Part shown: positions 23,701-35,625 of the stretch, piece by piece
How positions within the stretch are numbered: position 1 is the stretch's first letter
Layout of the letters: the number at the start of each line of letters is the position of its first letter
DNA from: Ranitomeya imitator
Taxonomy: Eukaryota
Length of the DNA stretch: 64,000 nucleotides
NCBI RefSeq assembly: GCF_032444005.1
Contig: NC_091288.1
Span: forward strand, 218,922,001 to 218,986,000
Direction of reading: 5' to 3'
Made by a program: the position numbers and the translations under genes
Notes under the pieces: model-generated
Told to the model about the DNA's origin: nothing
The model's input: only the letters and a program-made list of their open reading frames with translations
The model's database searches: none

Positions 23701-26700
23701 TGGAGAATAGAGGGGTCTGGAGGTCATATAGGGGTCTGCTGAGGACAGAGTGGTGCATGGAGAATAGAGGGGTCTGGAGGTCATATAGGGGTCTGCCGAG
23801 GACAGAGTGCTACATGGAGAATAGAGGGGTCTGGAGGTCATATAGGGGTCTGCTGAGGACAGAGTGGTGCATGAAGAATACAGGGGTCTGGAGGTCATAT
23901 AGGGGTCTGCTGAGGACAGAGTGCTGCATGGAGAATAGAGGGGTCTGGACGTAATATAGGGGTCTGCTGAGGACAGAGTGGTGCATGGAGAATAGAGGGG
24001 TCTGGACGTCATATAGGGGTCTGCCGAGGACAGAGTGGTGCATGGAGAATACAGGGGTCTGGACGTCATATAGGGGTCTGCCGAGGACAGAGTGGTGCAT
24101 TGAGAATAGAGGGGTCTGGACGTCATATAGGGGTCTGCTGAGGACAGAGTGGTGCATGAAGAATACAGGGGTCTGGAGGTCATATAGGGGTCTGCCGAGG
24201 ACAGAGTGGTGCATGGAGAATAGAGGGGTCTGGAGGTCATATAGGGGTATGAAGAGGATAGTGGTAGGGGATTTAGGGATCTACAGAGGATAGAGGGGTC
24301 CAGACAACACACATGGGTCCCTCTCCTGACGGTACGCCCAGTTTTCCCCTTTCCCTCACCCCTACTTATATCTAACCCTAATGCTGATGTCGCGCCCTAC
24401 CACCACCCACCCTCCCCAACATCGGCTCCAGCTGCCACCATTACCCTCAGGAACTCCGTCTGCTCCTGTCCCTCCACGTCTTTCAGGACGCCTTCCATCT
24501 GACCGAGCTGCTCCACATAATGGGCCAAACTTTTCCGTTCACCCAGCAGGGCTCCGGAGGCGTTTATCTCCGCTTTGTCAGCTTCTCGAAATAGTGAGTT
24601 CTGCATGATGTCCAGATAGGAGCGCATGGAGTTCAGCTGATCCCGCACACTGGACTTAAAGCGGGAAACTGTGTCCTGTAATGTGAAATATACACTGCTC
24701 AAAAAAATAAAGGGAACACTAAAATTCCACATCCTAGATATCACTGAATGAAATATTCCAGCTGTAAATCTTTATTCATTACATAGTGAAATGTGTTTAG
24801 AAAAATAAAACATAAAAATGATCAACGTAAATCACAACTAATATCCCACGGAGGTCTGGAGTTGGAATGATGCTCAAAATCAAAGTGGAAAATGAAGTTA
24901 CAGGTTGATCTAACTTCATTGGAAATGCCTCAAGACGAGGAAATGATGCTCAGTGGTGTGTGTGGCCTCCACGTGCCTGTATGACCTCCCTACAACGCCT
25001 GGGCATGCTCCTGATGAGGCAGCTGATGGTCTCCTGAGGGATCTCCTCCCAGACCTGGACTAAAGCATCCACCAACTCCTGGACAGTCTGTGGTGCAACG
25101 TGACGTTGGTGGATGGTGCGAGACATGAGGTCCCAGATGTGTTCAGTCGGATTTAGGTCTGGGGAACGGGCGGGCCAGTCCATAGCTTCAATGCTTTCAT
25201 CTTGCAGGAACTGCTGACACACTCCAGCCACGTGAGGTCTGGCATTGTCCTGCATTAGGAGGAACCCAGGGCCAACCGCACCAGCATATCGTCTCACAAG
25301 GGGTCTGAGGATCTCATCTCGGTACCTAATGGCAGTCAGGCTACCTCTGGCGAGCACATGGAGGGCTGTGCGGCCCTCCAAAGAAATGCCACCCCACACC
25401 ATTACTGACCCACTGCCAAACCGGGCATGCTGAAGGATGTGGCAGGCAGCAGATTGCTCTCCACGGCGTCTCCAGACTCTGTCACATGTGCTCAGTGTGA
25501 ACCTGCTTTCATCTGTGAAGAGCACAGGGCGCCAGTGGCGAATTTGCCAATCCTGGTGTTCTGTGGCAAATGCCAAATATCCTGCACGGTGTTGGGCTGT
25601 GAGCACAACCCCCATCTGTGGGCGTCGGGCACTCAGACCATCCTCATGGAGTCAGTTTCTAACCGTTTGTGCAGACACATGCACATTTGTGGCCTGCTGA
25701 AGGTCATTTTGCAGGGCTCTGGCAGTGCTCCTCCTGTTCCTCCTTGCACGAAGGCTGAGGTAGCGGTCCTGCTGCTGGGATGTTGCCCTCCTGCGGCCCC
25801 CTCCACGTCTCCTGGTGTACTGGCCTGTCTCCTGGTACTGCCTCCAGCCTCTGGACACTACGCTGACAGACACAGTAAACCTTCTTGCCACAGCTCGCAT
25901 TGATGTGCCATCCTGAATGAGCTGCACTACCTGAGCCACTTGCGTCGGTTGTAGAGTCCGTCTCATGCTACCACGAGTGTGAAAGCACAACCAACATTCA
26001 AAAGTGACCAAAACACCAGCCAGAAAGCATTGGTACTGAGATGTGGTCTGTGGTCCCCACCTGTAGAACCACTCCTTTATTGAGGGGTCTAGATAATTGC
26101 CAATAATTTCCATCAGTTGTCTATTCCATTTGCACAACAGCATGTGACATTGATTGTCAATCAGTGTTGCTTCCTAAGTGGACAGTCTGATTTCACAGAA
26201 GTTTGATTTACTTGGAGTTAGATTCTGTTGGTTAAGTGTTCCCTTTATTTTTTGAGCGGTGTATATCAAACCCATAGAGAAAAGGGGGCTGCGGATGGGG
26301 GAGGGGTAACATGAACGGGACAGTGGTATAATCATCAGGAGATGCTGGATGTATATGTACCACATATAGAAGATCTGAGGACAGGTGTATGGTGCAGGTA
26401 ATGACGGGGGCAGCGACCACCAGCACTGACCTTCACTTCAGACACCTGTCTGTCCAGCAGAGCCACTGTCTTCTCCTTCCGTAATCGTGCTTCCTGCAGG
26501 AGAACCTGCTGCTGGGGAAGTTGTCTCTAAAAAGAAATATAATACGTCAAAACCTCATACCATCCTGTATTATACTCCAGAGCTGCACTCACTATTCTGC
26601 AGGTGCAGTCACTGTGTACATACATTACATTACTGATCCTGAGTTACCATCCTGTATTATACTCCAGAGCTGCACTCACTATTCTGCTGGTGCAGTCACT

Positions 26701-29700
26701 GTGTACATACATTACATTACTGATCCTGAGTTACCATCCTGTATTATACTCCAGAGCTGCGCTCACTATTCTGCTGGTGCAGTCACTGTGTACATACATT
26801 ACATTACTGATCCTGAGTTACATCCTGTATTATACCCCAGAGCTGCACTCACTATTCTGCTGGTGCAGTCACTGTGCACATACATTACATTACTGATCCT
26901 GAGTTACATCCTGTATTATACCCCAGAGCTGCACTCACTATTCTGCTGGTGCAGTCGCTGTGTACATACATTACATTACTGATCCTGAGTTACATCCTGT
27001 ATTATGCCCCAGAGCTGCACTCACTATTCTGCTGGTGCAGTCACTCACTGTGTACATACATTACATTACTGATCCTGAGTTACATTCTGTATTATACTCC
27101 AGAGCTGCACTCACTATTCTGCTGGGGCAGTCACTGTGTACATACATTACATTACTGATCCTGAGTTACATCCTGTATTATACTCCAGAGCTGCACTCAC
27201 TATTCTGCTGGTGCAGTCACTGTGTACATACATTATATTACTGATCCTGAGTTACCTCCTGTATTATACCCCAGAGCTGCACTCACTATTCTGCTGGTGC
27301 AGTCACTGTGTACATACATTACACTACTGATCCTGAGTTACATCCTGTATTATACTCCAGAGCTGCGCTCACTATTCTGCTGGTGCAGTCACTGTGCACA
27401 TACATTACATTACTGATCCTGAGTTACATCCTGTATTATACCCCAGAGCTGCACTCACTATTCTGCTGGTGCAGTCACTGTGTACGTACATTATATTACT
27501 GCTCCTGCATGATACTCCAGAGCTGCACTCACTATTCTGCTGGTGCAGTCACTGTGCACATACATTACATTACTGATCCTGAGTTACATCCTGTATTATA
27601 CCCCAGAGCTGCACTCACTATTCTGCTGGTGCAGTCACTGTGTACGTACATTACATTACTGCTCCTGCATGATACTCCAGAGCTGCACTCACTATTCTGC
27701 TGGTGCAGTCACTGTGCACATACATTACATTACTGATCCTGAGTTACATCCTGTATTATACTCCAGAGCTGCCCTCACTATTCTGCTGGTGCAGTCACTG
27801 TGTACACACATTACATTACTGATCCTGAGTTGCATCCTGTATTATACTCCAGAGCTGCACTCACTATTCTTCTGGTGCAGTCACTGTGTACACACATTAC
27901 ATTACTGATCCTGAGTTACATCCTATATTATACCCCAGAGCTGCACTCACTATTCTGCTGGTGCAGTCACTGTGTGCGTACATTATATTACTGCTCCTGC
28001 ATGATACTCCAGAGCTGCACTCACTATTCTGCTGGTGCAGTCACTGTGCACATACATTACATTACTGATCCTGAGTTACATCCTGTATTATACTCCAGAA
28101 CTGCGCTCACTATTCTGCTGGTGCAGTCGCTGTGTACATACATTACATTACTGATCCTGAGTTACATCCTGTATTATACTCCAGAGCTGCACTCACTATT
28201 CTGCTGGTGCAGCCACTGTATACACACATTACATTACTGATCCTGAGTTACATCCTGTATTATACCCCAGAGCTGCACTCACTATTCTGCTGGTGCAGTC
28301 ACTGTATACACACATTACATTACTGATCCTGAGTTACCTCCTGTATTATACCCCAGAGCTGCACTCACTATTCTGCTGGTGCAGTCACTGTGTACATACA
28401 TCACATTACTGATCCTGAGTTACATCCTGTATTATACCCCAGAGCTGCACTCACTATTCTGCTGGTGCAGTCACTGTGTACATACATTACATTACTGATC
28501 CTGAGTTACATCCTGTATTATACCCCAGAGCTGCACTCACTATTCTGCTGGTGCAGTCACTGTGTACATACATTACATTACTGATCCTGAGCTACATCCT
28601 GTATTATACTCCAGAGCTGCGCTCACTATTCTGCTGGTGCAGTCACTGTGTACATGCATTACATTACTGATCCTGAGCTACATCCTGTATTATACTCCAG
28701 AGCTGCACTCACTATTCTGCTGGTTCAGTCACTGTGTACATACATTACATTACTGATCCTGAGCTACATCCTGTATTATACCCCAGAGCTGCACTCACTA
28801 TTCTGGTGGTGCAGTCACTGTGTACATACATTACATTACTGATCCTGAGTTACCTCCTGTATTATACCCCAGAGCTGCACTCACTATTCTGCTGGTGCAG
28901 TCACTGTGTACATACATCACATTACTGATCCTGAGTTACATCCTGTATTATACCCCAGAGCTGCACTCACTATTCTGCTGGTGCAGTCACTGTGTACATA
29001 CATTACATTACTGATCCTGAGTTACATCCTGTATTATACCCCAGAGCTGCACTCACTATTCTGCTGGTGCAGTCACTGTGCACATACATTACATTACTGA
29101 TCCTGAGTTACATCCTGTATTATACTCCAGAACTGCGCTCACTATTCTGCTGGTGCAGTCGCTGTGTACATACATTACATTACTGATCCTGAGTTACATC
29201 CTGTATTATACTCCAGAGCTGCACTCACTATTCTGCTGGTGCAGCCACTGTATACACACATTACATTACTGATCCTGAGTTACATCCTGTATTATACCCC
29301 AGAGCTGCACTCACTATTCTGCTGGTGCAGTCACTGTATACACACATTACATTACTGATCCTGAGTTACCTCCTGTATTATACCCCAGAGCTGCACTCAC
29401 TATTCTGCTGGTGCAGTCACTGTGTACATACATCACATTACTGATCCTGAGTTACATCCTGTATTATACCCCAGAGCTGCACTCACTATTCTGCTGGTGC
29501 AGTCACTGTGTACATACATTACATTACTGATCCTGAGTTACATCCTGTATTATACCCCAGAGCTGCACTCACTATTCTGCTGGTGCAGTCACTGTGTACA
29601 TACATTACATTACTGATCCTGAGCTACATCCTGTATTATACTCCAGAGCTGCGCTCACTATTCTGCTGGTGCAGTCACTGTGTACATGCATTACATTACT

Positions 29701-31992
29701 GATCCTGAGCTACATCCTGTATTATACTCCAGAGCTGCACTCACTATTCTGCTGGTTCAGTCACTGTGTACATACATTACATTACTGATCCTGAGCTACA
29801 TCCTGTATTATACCCCAGAGCTGCACTCACTATTCTGCTGGTGCAGTCACTGTGTACATACATTACATTACTGATCCTGAGTTACCTCCTGTATTATACC
29901 CCAGAGCTGCACTCACTATTCTGCTGGTGCAGTCACTGTGTACATACATCACATTACTGATCCTGAGTTACATCCTGTATTATACCCCAGAGCTGCACTC
30001 ACTATTCTGCTGGTGCAGTCACTGTGTACATACATTACATTACTGATCCTGAGCTACATCCTGTATTATACTCCAGAGCTGCGCTCACTATTCTGCTGGT
30101 GCAGTCACTGTGTACATGCATTACATTACTGATCCTGAGCTACATCCTGTATTATACTCCAGAGCTGCACTCACTATTCTGCTGGTTCAGTCACTGTGTA
30201 CATACATTACATTACTGATCCTGAGCTACATCCTGTATTATACCCCAGAGCTGCGCTCACTATTCTGCTGGTGCAGTCACTGTGTACATGCATTACATTA
30301 CTGATCCTGAGCTACATCCTGTATTATACTCCAGAGCAGCACTCACTATTCTGCTGGTTCAGTCACTGTGTACATGCATTACATTACTGATCCTGAGCTA
30401 CATCCTGTATTATACTCCAGAGCTGCACTCACTATTCTGCTGGTTCAGTCACTGTGTACATACATTACATTACTGATCCTGAGTTACATCCTGTATTATA
30501 CCCCAGAGCTGCACTCACTATTCTGCTGGTGCAGTCGCTGTGTACATACATTACTGATCCTGAGTTACATCCTGTATTATACTCCAGAGCTGCACTCACT
30601 ATTCTGCTGGTGCAATCACTGTGTACATACATTACTGATCCTGAGTTACATCCTGTATTATACTCCAGAGCTGCACTCACTATTCTGCTGGTGCAGTCAC
30701 TGCGTACATACATTACATTACTGATTCTGAGTTACATCCTGTATTATACCCTAGAGCTGCACTCACTATTCTGCTGGTGCAGTCACTGTGTACATACATT
30801 ACATTACTGATCCTGAGTTACATCCTGTATTATACTCCAGAGCTGCACTCACTATTCTGCTGGTGCAATCACTGTGTACATACATTACATTACTGATCCT
30901 GAGTTACCTCCTGTATTATACCCCAGAGCTGCACTCACTATTCTGCTGGGGCAGTCACTGTGTACATACATTACATTACTGATCCTGAGTTACATCCTGT
31001 ATTATACTCCAGAGCTGCACTCACTATTCTGCTGGTGCAGTCACTGTGTACATACATTACTGGTCCTGTATTATACCCCAGAGCTGCACTCACTATTCTG
31101 CTGGTGCAGTCACTGTGTACATACATTACATTACTGATCCCGAGTTACCTCCTGTATTATACCCCAGAGCTGCACTCACTATTCTGCTGGTGCAGTCACT
31201 GTGTACATACATTACATTACTGATCCTGAGTTACATCCTGTATTATACCCCAGAGCTGCGCTCAGTATTCTGCTGGTGCAGTCACTGTGTACATACATTA
31301 CATTACTGATCCTGTATTATACTCCAGAGCTGCACTCACTATTCTGCTGGTGCAGTCACTGTGTACACACATTACATTACTGGTCCTGTATGATACTCCA
31401 GAGCTGCACTCACTATTCTGTTGGTGCAGTCACTGTGTACACACATTACATTACTGGTCCTGTATGATACTCCAGAGCTGCACTCACTATTCTGCTGGTG
31501 CAGTCACTGTGTACACACATTACATTACTGGTCCTGTATGATACTCCAGAGCTGCGCTCACTATTCTGCTGGTGGAGGACCCTGGGGCAGCCTCACCTTC
31601 ATCTTGGCGTGTGCCTCGGCGGCTGTGATGATGTTGTGGCCCTTGTGTTTCCCCAGGGAGGCGCACACCCCACAGATCAGCTCCTTGTCCTGCTCGCAGA
31701 AGACGCTCAGCGGGTCCAGGTGCTCCAGGCAATGCCCCTGCGGAACCTGCTTGAAGCTTTGGACGAGATGTTCCAGCTGACGATTGATGTGAAGGGTCTC
31801 AGGCCGGGATGGAGCTTGACAAGTGGGGCAGAGAGTGGAGCCATTTGAGTCCTGGCCCTTGGGGGCCCCGGTCAAGCAGCTTTGGCAGAACGTGTGTCCA
31901 CATTCTGGTGTGACGGGTGATCGGAAGAGTTCTAGACAGAGCTGACAGGTGAGGTCATTCTGCATGCCCTGCACGAGCTGGGGGGTCGCCAT
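17771..31992 (-). CDS. trim72: Tripartite motif protein 72 (MG53), 476 aa. Coding exons: 31992-31597, 26526-26431, 24675-24445, 18768-18746, 18664-18546, 18336-17771.
   Basis: RING (CQLC...CGHTFC...CPTC), B-box ([30 protein letters not shown]), coiled coil and PRY/SPRY domains. TRIM72-diagnostic strings [27 protein letters not shown] and [14 protein letters not shown] are present. All introns are GT-AG, and the exons (396+96+231+23+119+566 = 1431 nt) form an intact frame. Confidence 0.97.
19030..24250. repeat. About 5.2-kb satellite with a 57-bp unit in trim72 coding intron 3
   Basis: Unit ggggtctggaggtcatataggggtctgctgaggacagagtggtgcatggagaataga, about 90 copies. Confidence 0.97.
24693..26261 (-). 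mobile_element. Full-length Tc1 (DD34E) transposon in trim72 coding intron 2
   Basis: TA TSDs at 24691-24692 and 26262-26263. TIRs CACTGCTCAAAAAAATAAAGGGAACACT. The transposase runs 25966-24950 with motifs FTDESRF, QDNARPH and SPDLNPTE, and has 34 residues between the second D and the E. Confidence 0.95.
24950..25966 (-). pseudogene. Tc1 transposase with a single in-frame nonsense codon
   Basis: ORFs 25652-26143 and 24950-25615 share one frame. The only lesion seen is TGA at 25654-25652 (...VRN*LHEDG...). Confidence 0.88.
26560..31570. repeat. About 5-kb satellite with an 86-bp unit in trim72 coding intron 1
   Basis: Unit catcctgtattatactccagagctgcactcactattctgctggtgcagtcactgtgtacatacattacattactgatcctgagtta. 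The ORF track repeats with an 86-bp period. Confidence 0.97.
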
Positions 31993-32589
31993 TCTGGGGG
32001 GAAGTAGTAACAGTTAGTGATGGGTGAGTTTGGGGGGTCCTCAGTTTAGGGCCCGACGGTTTCCTAGAACATAAGGGCTATGGCAATGATCACTGGGGAA
32101 TGACATGATGAATGGGACTGAGCTGCAGTACCGCACACAACCTGTGGACAGTGGGGGCGCAGTCTGGAGGAGAGCAGCTTTTAAGATGAGGTCGGTTAAT
32201 CAGGAGCTGCCAGGACCTGGGAGGCTGGAAATGGCAGGAATTCAGGGAGGGACGGCTGCCGCTTTAAATAGAATATTAGGAAAGGCCGGAGAGGTCGAGT
32301 TACAGGGAGGAATCATAGTAACATGGAGAACGGCCCAAGGATATACCCCCAACCTCAGTAATAAGCAGATATATAAGACCCCCATGCTTTACACTGCAGG
32401 CTGCATCCTACTGATCATGTGTTAATACAACGTAACAACTGGTGTGAACAGAGGGAGAGGCGACTGCAGGAGCGGTGGGTACAATCTATTACTCCCTGTT
32501 ATCAGCCATTACTGGGGATGGTCACACAGTATGAGAGAAGACCCCGGGCACCAGTGAGGAGACAGAAGATCCATTAGAAGGCGGCTCAG

Positions 32590-32776
32590 ACCGCTGAGGG
32601 ATGGAGGCACTGACCGCTGAGGGATGGAGGCACTGACCGCTGAGGGATGGAGGCACTGACCGCTGAGGGATGGAGGCACTGACCGCTGAGGGATGGAGGC
32701 ACTGACCGCTGAGGGATGGAGGCACTGACCGCTGAGGGATGGAGGCACTGACCGCTGAGGGATGGAGGCACTGACC
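32590..32776. repeat. 23-bp minisatellite
   Basis: Unit gaccgctgagggatggaggcact, about 8 copies. Confidence 0.9.
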
Positions 32777-33017
32777 GGGGAGAACGGACAGCAACCGGAA
32801 GAGGAGACATTGACAGACCACAGGGAGACAAAGTCACCAAAAAAGACAGCACCGACCCACGAGGCCCCACACACATCAGACTAAAGCCGGACGAACCTGC
32901 TGATATAAACGGGGTCAGCCGACCGTCTGATGTGTATGGGGACAACTGATGGTCGGGGAGGGGACGATTGCGAATGTCTGATTTCAGACTGACGATCACA
33001 TTGTTCTTCCAGCTGTA

Positions 33018-33435
33018 AGACCAGAAGAGACAGATTGTCCAGAGCAGAGACAGAGACCAGAAGAAACAGACAAGAGACCAGAAGAGACAGATTGTCCAGA
33101 GCATAGACAGAGACCAGAAGAAACAGATTGTCCAGAGCATAGACAGAGACCAGAAGAGACAGATTGTCCAGAGCATAGACAGAGACCAGAAGAAACAGAC
33201 AAGAGACCAGAAGAGACAGACTTTCCAGAGCAGAGATAGACAGAGACCAGAAGAGACAGACTGGAGCAGAGACACATAGAGACCAGAAGGGACAGACTGT
33301 CCGGAGCAGAGACAGACCAGAAGAAACAGACAAGAGACCAGAAGAGACAGACTGTCCAGAGCAGAGATATGTAGAGACCACAAGAGACAGACTGTCCAGA
33401 GCAGAGATAGACAGAGACCAAAAGAGAAGGACTGA
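33018..33435. repeat. Purine-rich degenerate minisatellite
   Basis: Repeated agaccagaagagacagattgtccagagcatagacag-like units. Confidence 0.8.
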
Positions 33436-34016
33436 CCAGAGATGAGGTGGCACAGAGACACCAGCAAACACTGACCAGTGCTGGCAGAGACAGGAGCTGC
33501 CCCGGGAGGAATAGGAGATGGCCACAGAGCAGAAGACAACGATACTCACATGCGATAGCCACCGACCACCAGAGATGGCCAATGGCCGCCGACCAAATAC
33601 AATAAAAACACCGACCCGGAGGAGACGTACCAGAGAGTTGCAGAAGTCGTCCAGGAGACAGAGACGGGATGAGGGGCCACTAATGAAGGCACAATGTCCA
33701 GGGAGGAGGCGGCTGCCAGTCCTGAGTGTCCAGAAGATATGTCCCGGCCCCTCCACCCACAGCCGGTTATTTCTGACTCAGTTATCTGGAACAGCTGAGA
33801 GTTAAAGAAAGCCCGGAGGCACAAAGACAGATGTCACGTTATGTGGTATGGGGTCGGAAACATGCACAGATAGCACGTGACGTCATTAATATCGCAGACT
33901 GACTGCGCACTCTTCTCGTGCTGCACCAGTCCTCTGGAATGTGCTATCTCGGAAAATCGGGTTACTTCCCTGTGCCCATTCTTTACCTTCTCTATGTCCC
34001 CACTATTTCCTCATAG

Positions 34017-34590
34017 ATAGAGATGGGCAGACCCCTGGATGTTCGGGTCCAGCAGGATCAGCCAAAGAGTTAACAAAAAGTTTGGTACCCAAACCCAATT
34101 CACTTGAATAGGGGACCCGAACATCCATTGTTTGCCACAAGGTCATGTACATTGCAGCGCAGTGATCATGATCAGCGGTAAAATCATTGCTTCCAGTCAG
34201 AGAGCCGCGGTTCACATGTTGTCAAATGATAGTGTGAGCCCGCAGCTGTGACTGGAGGTAAAAAGTTTACCTCCGGTCAGTGGCGTCGGTTGATGGGACT
34301 ACTACTTCCATCAGCCTACACCTGCTGCTGCTAATAACAGCGAGAGCAGGCATGGCTGATGGGAGTATCCATCAGCTGCCGTCTGTGCTCTATGTAAATA
34401 AGTTTTTAAAAAAAGGCGTTAGTTTGGTTTCCCTGTATTTTTGATAACCAGCCAGGCAAAACTGACAGCTACGAGCTGCAACCCTCAGCTGTTAGTGTTA
34501 ACAAGGCTGGGTATCAAGAATAGAGGGGTCCACATACTGTTTTTTTAATTATTTAAATAATTTAAAAAAAAATGTGGTTTCCCCGTGGTT
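34017..34590. mobile_element. Fragment of a non-autonomous interspersed repeat
   Basis: It begins tagagatgggcagacccc...gttcgggtcc, resembling common anuran MITE-like repeats, and it truncates the adjacent 60-bp array. Confidence 0.45.
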
Positions 34591-35625
34591 TCTGCCTTCT
34601 GATGACGTACTGTTCCTGGTGGAATTATAGAAGGGAGAAGTGACTGCAGCGCTGCCTTCTGATGATGTACTGTTCCTCGCAGGGTGATAGAAGGGAGAAG
34701 TGACTGCAGCGCTGCCTTCTGATGACGTACTGTTCCTGGCGGAATTATAGAAGGGAGAAGTGACTGCAGCACTCCCTTCTGATGACGTCCTGTTCCTGGC
34801 AGGGTGATAGAAGGGAGAAGTGACTGCAGCGCTCCCTTCTGATGACATCCTGTTCCTGGCAGGGTGATAGAAGGGAGAAGTGACTGCAGCGCTGCCTTCT
34901 GATGGTGTACTGTTCCTGGTGGAATTATAGAAGGGAGAAGTGACTGCAGCGCTGCCTTCTGATGACGTACTGTTCCTGGCAGAACTATAGAAGGGAGAAG
35001 TGACTGCAGCACCACCTTTCGATGACGTCCTGTTCCTGGTGGAATTATAGAAGGGAGAAGTGACTGCAGCGCTGCCTTCTGATGATGTACTGTTCCTCGC
35101 AGGGTGATAGAAGGGAGAAATGACTGCAGCGCTGCCTTCTGATGACGTACTGTTCCTGGCGGAATTATAGAAGGGAGAAGTGACTGCAGCACTCCCTTCT
35201 GATGACGTCCTGTTCCTGGCAGGGTGATAGAAGGGAGAAGTGACTGCAGCGCTGCCTTCTGATGGTGTACTGTTCCTGGTGGAATTATAGAAGGGAGAAG
35301 TGACTGCAGCGCTGCCTTCTGATGACGTACTGTTCCTGGCAGAACTATAGAAGGGAGAAGTGACTGCAGCACCACCTTTCGATGACGTCCTGTTCCTGGC
35401 GGAATTATAGAAGGGAGAAGTGACTGCAGCGCTCCCTTCTGATGATGTACTGTTCCTCGCAGGGTGATAGAAGGGAGAAATGACTGCAGCGCTGCCTTCT
35501 GATGACGTACTGTTCCTGGCGGAATTATAGAAGGGAGAAGTGACTGGAGCGCTGCCTTCTGATGACGTCCTGTTATTGGCAGAAATATAGAAGGGAGTAG
35601 TGACTGCAGCGCTGTCTCCTGATAA
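34590..35625. repeat. 60-bp tandem repeat, about 17 copies; the minus strand encodes a Ser/Thr-rich repeat
   Basis: The unit translates to SSEGSAAVTSPFYNSARNST. Two minus-strand frames are open. Confidence 0.92.

Noticed and set aside
19031-24312. A 1575-aa ORF and overlapping repetitive ORFs
   Set aside because: These are translations of the 57-bp satellite inside a trim72 intron.
26521-31541. Dozens of 64-aa ORFs
   Set aside because: They are periodic artefacts of the 86-bp satellite.
32260-32275. A TATA/MEF2-like motif (ctatttaaag) as the trim72 promoter
   Set aside because: It has one mismatch to the MEF2 consensus and no convincing downstream donor, so it is too weak to call without transcript data.
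14534-32517. A shared motif of about 35 bp (caatctattRctccctgttatcagccattactgggg) at 14534 and 32482
   Set aside because: It is most likely a dispersed repeat fragment, with no evidence of a shared regulatory role.
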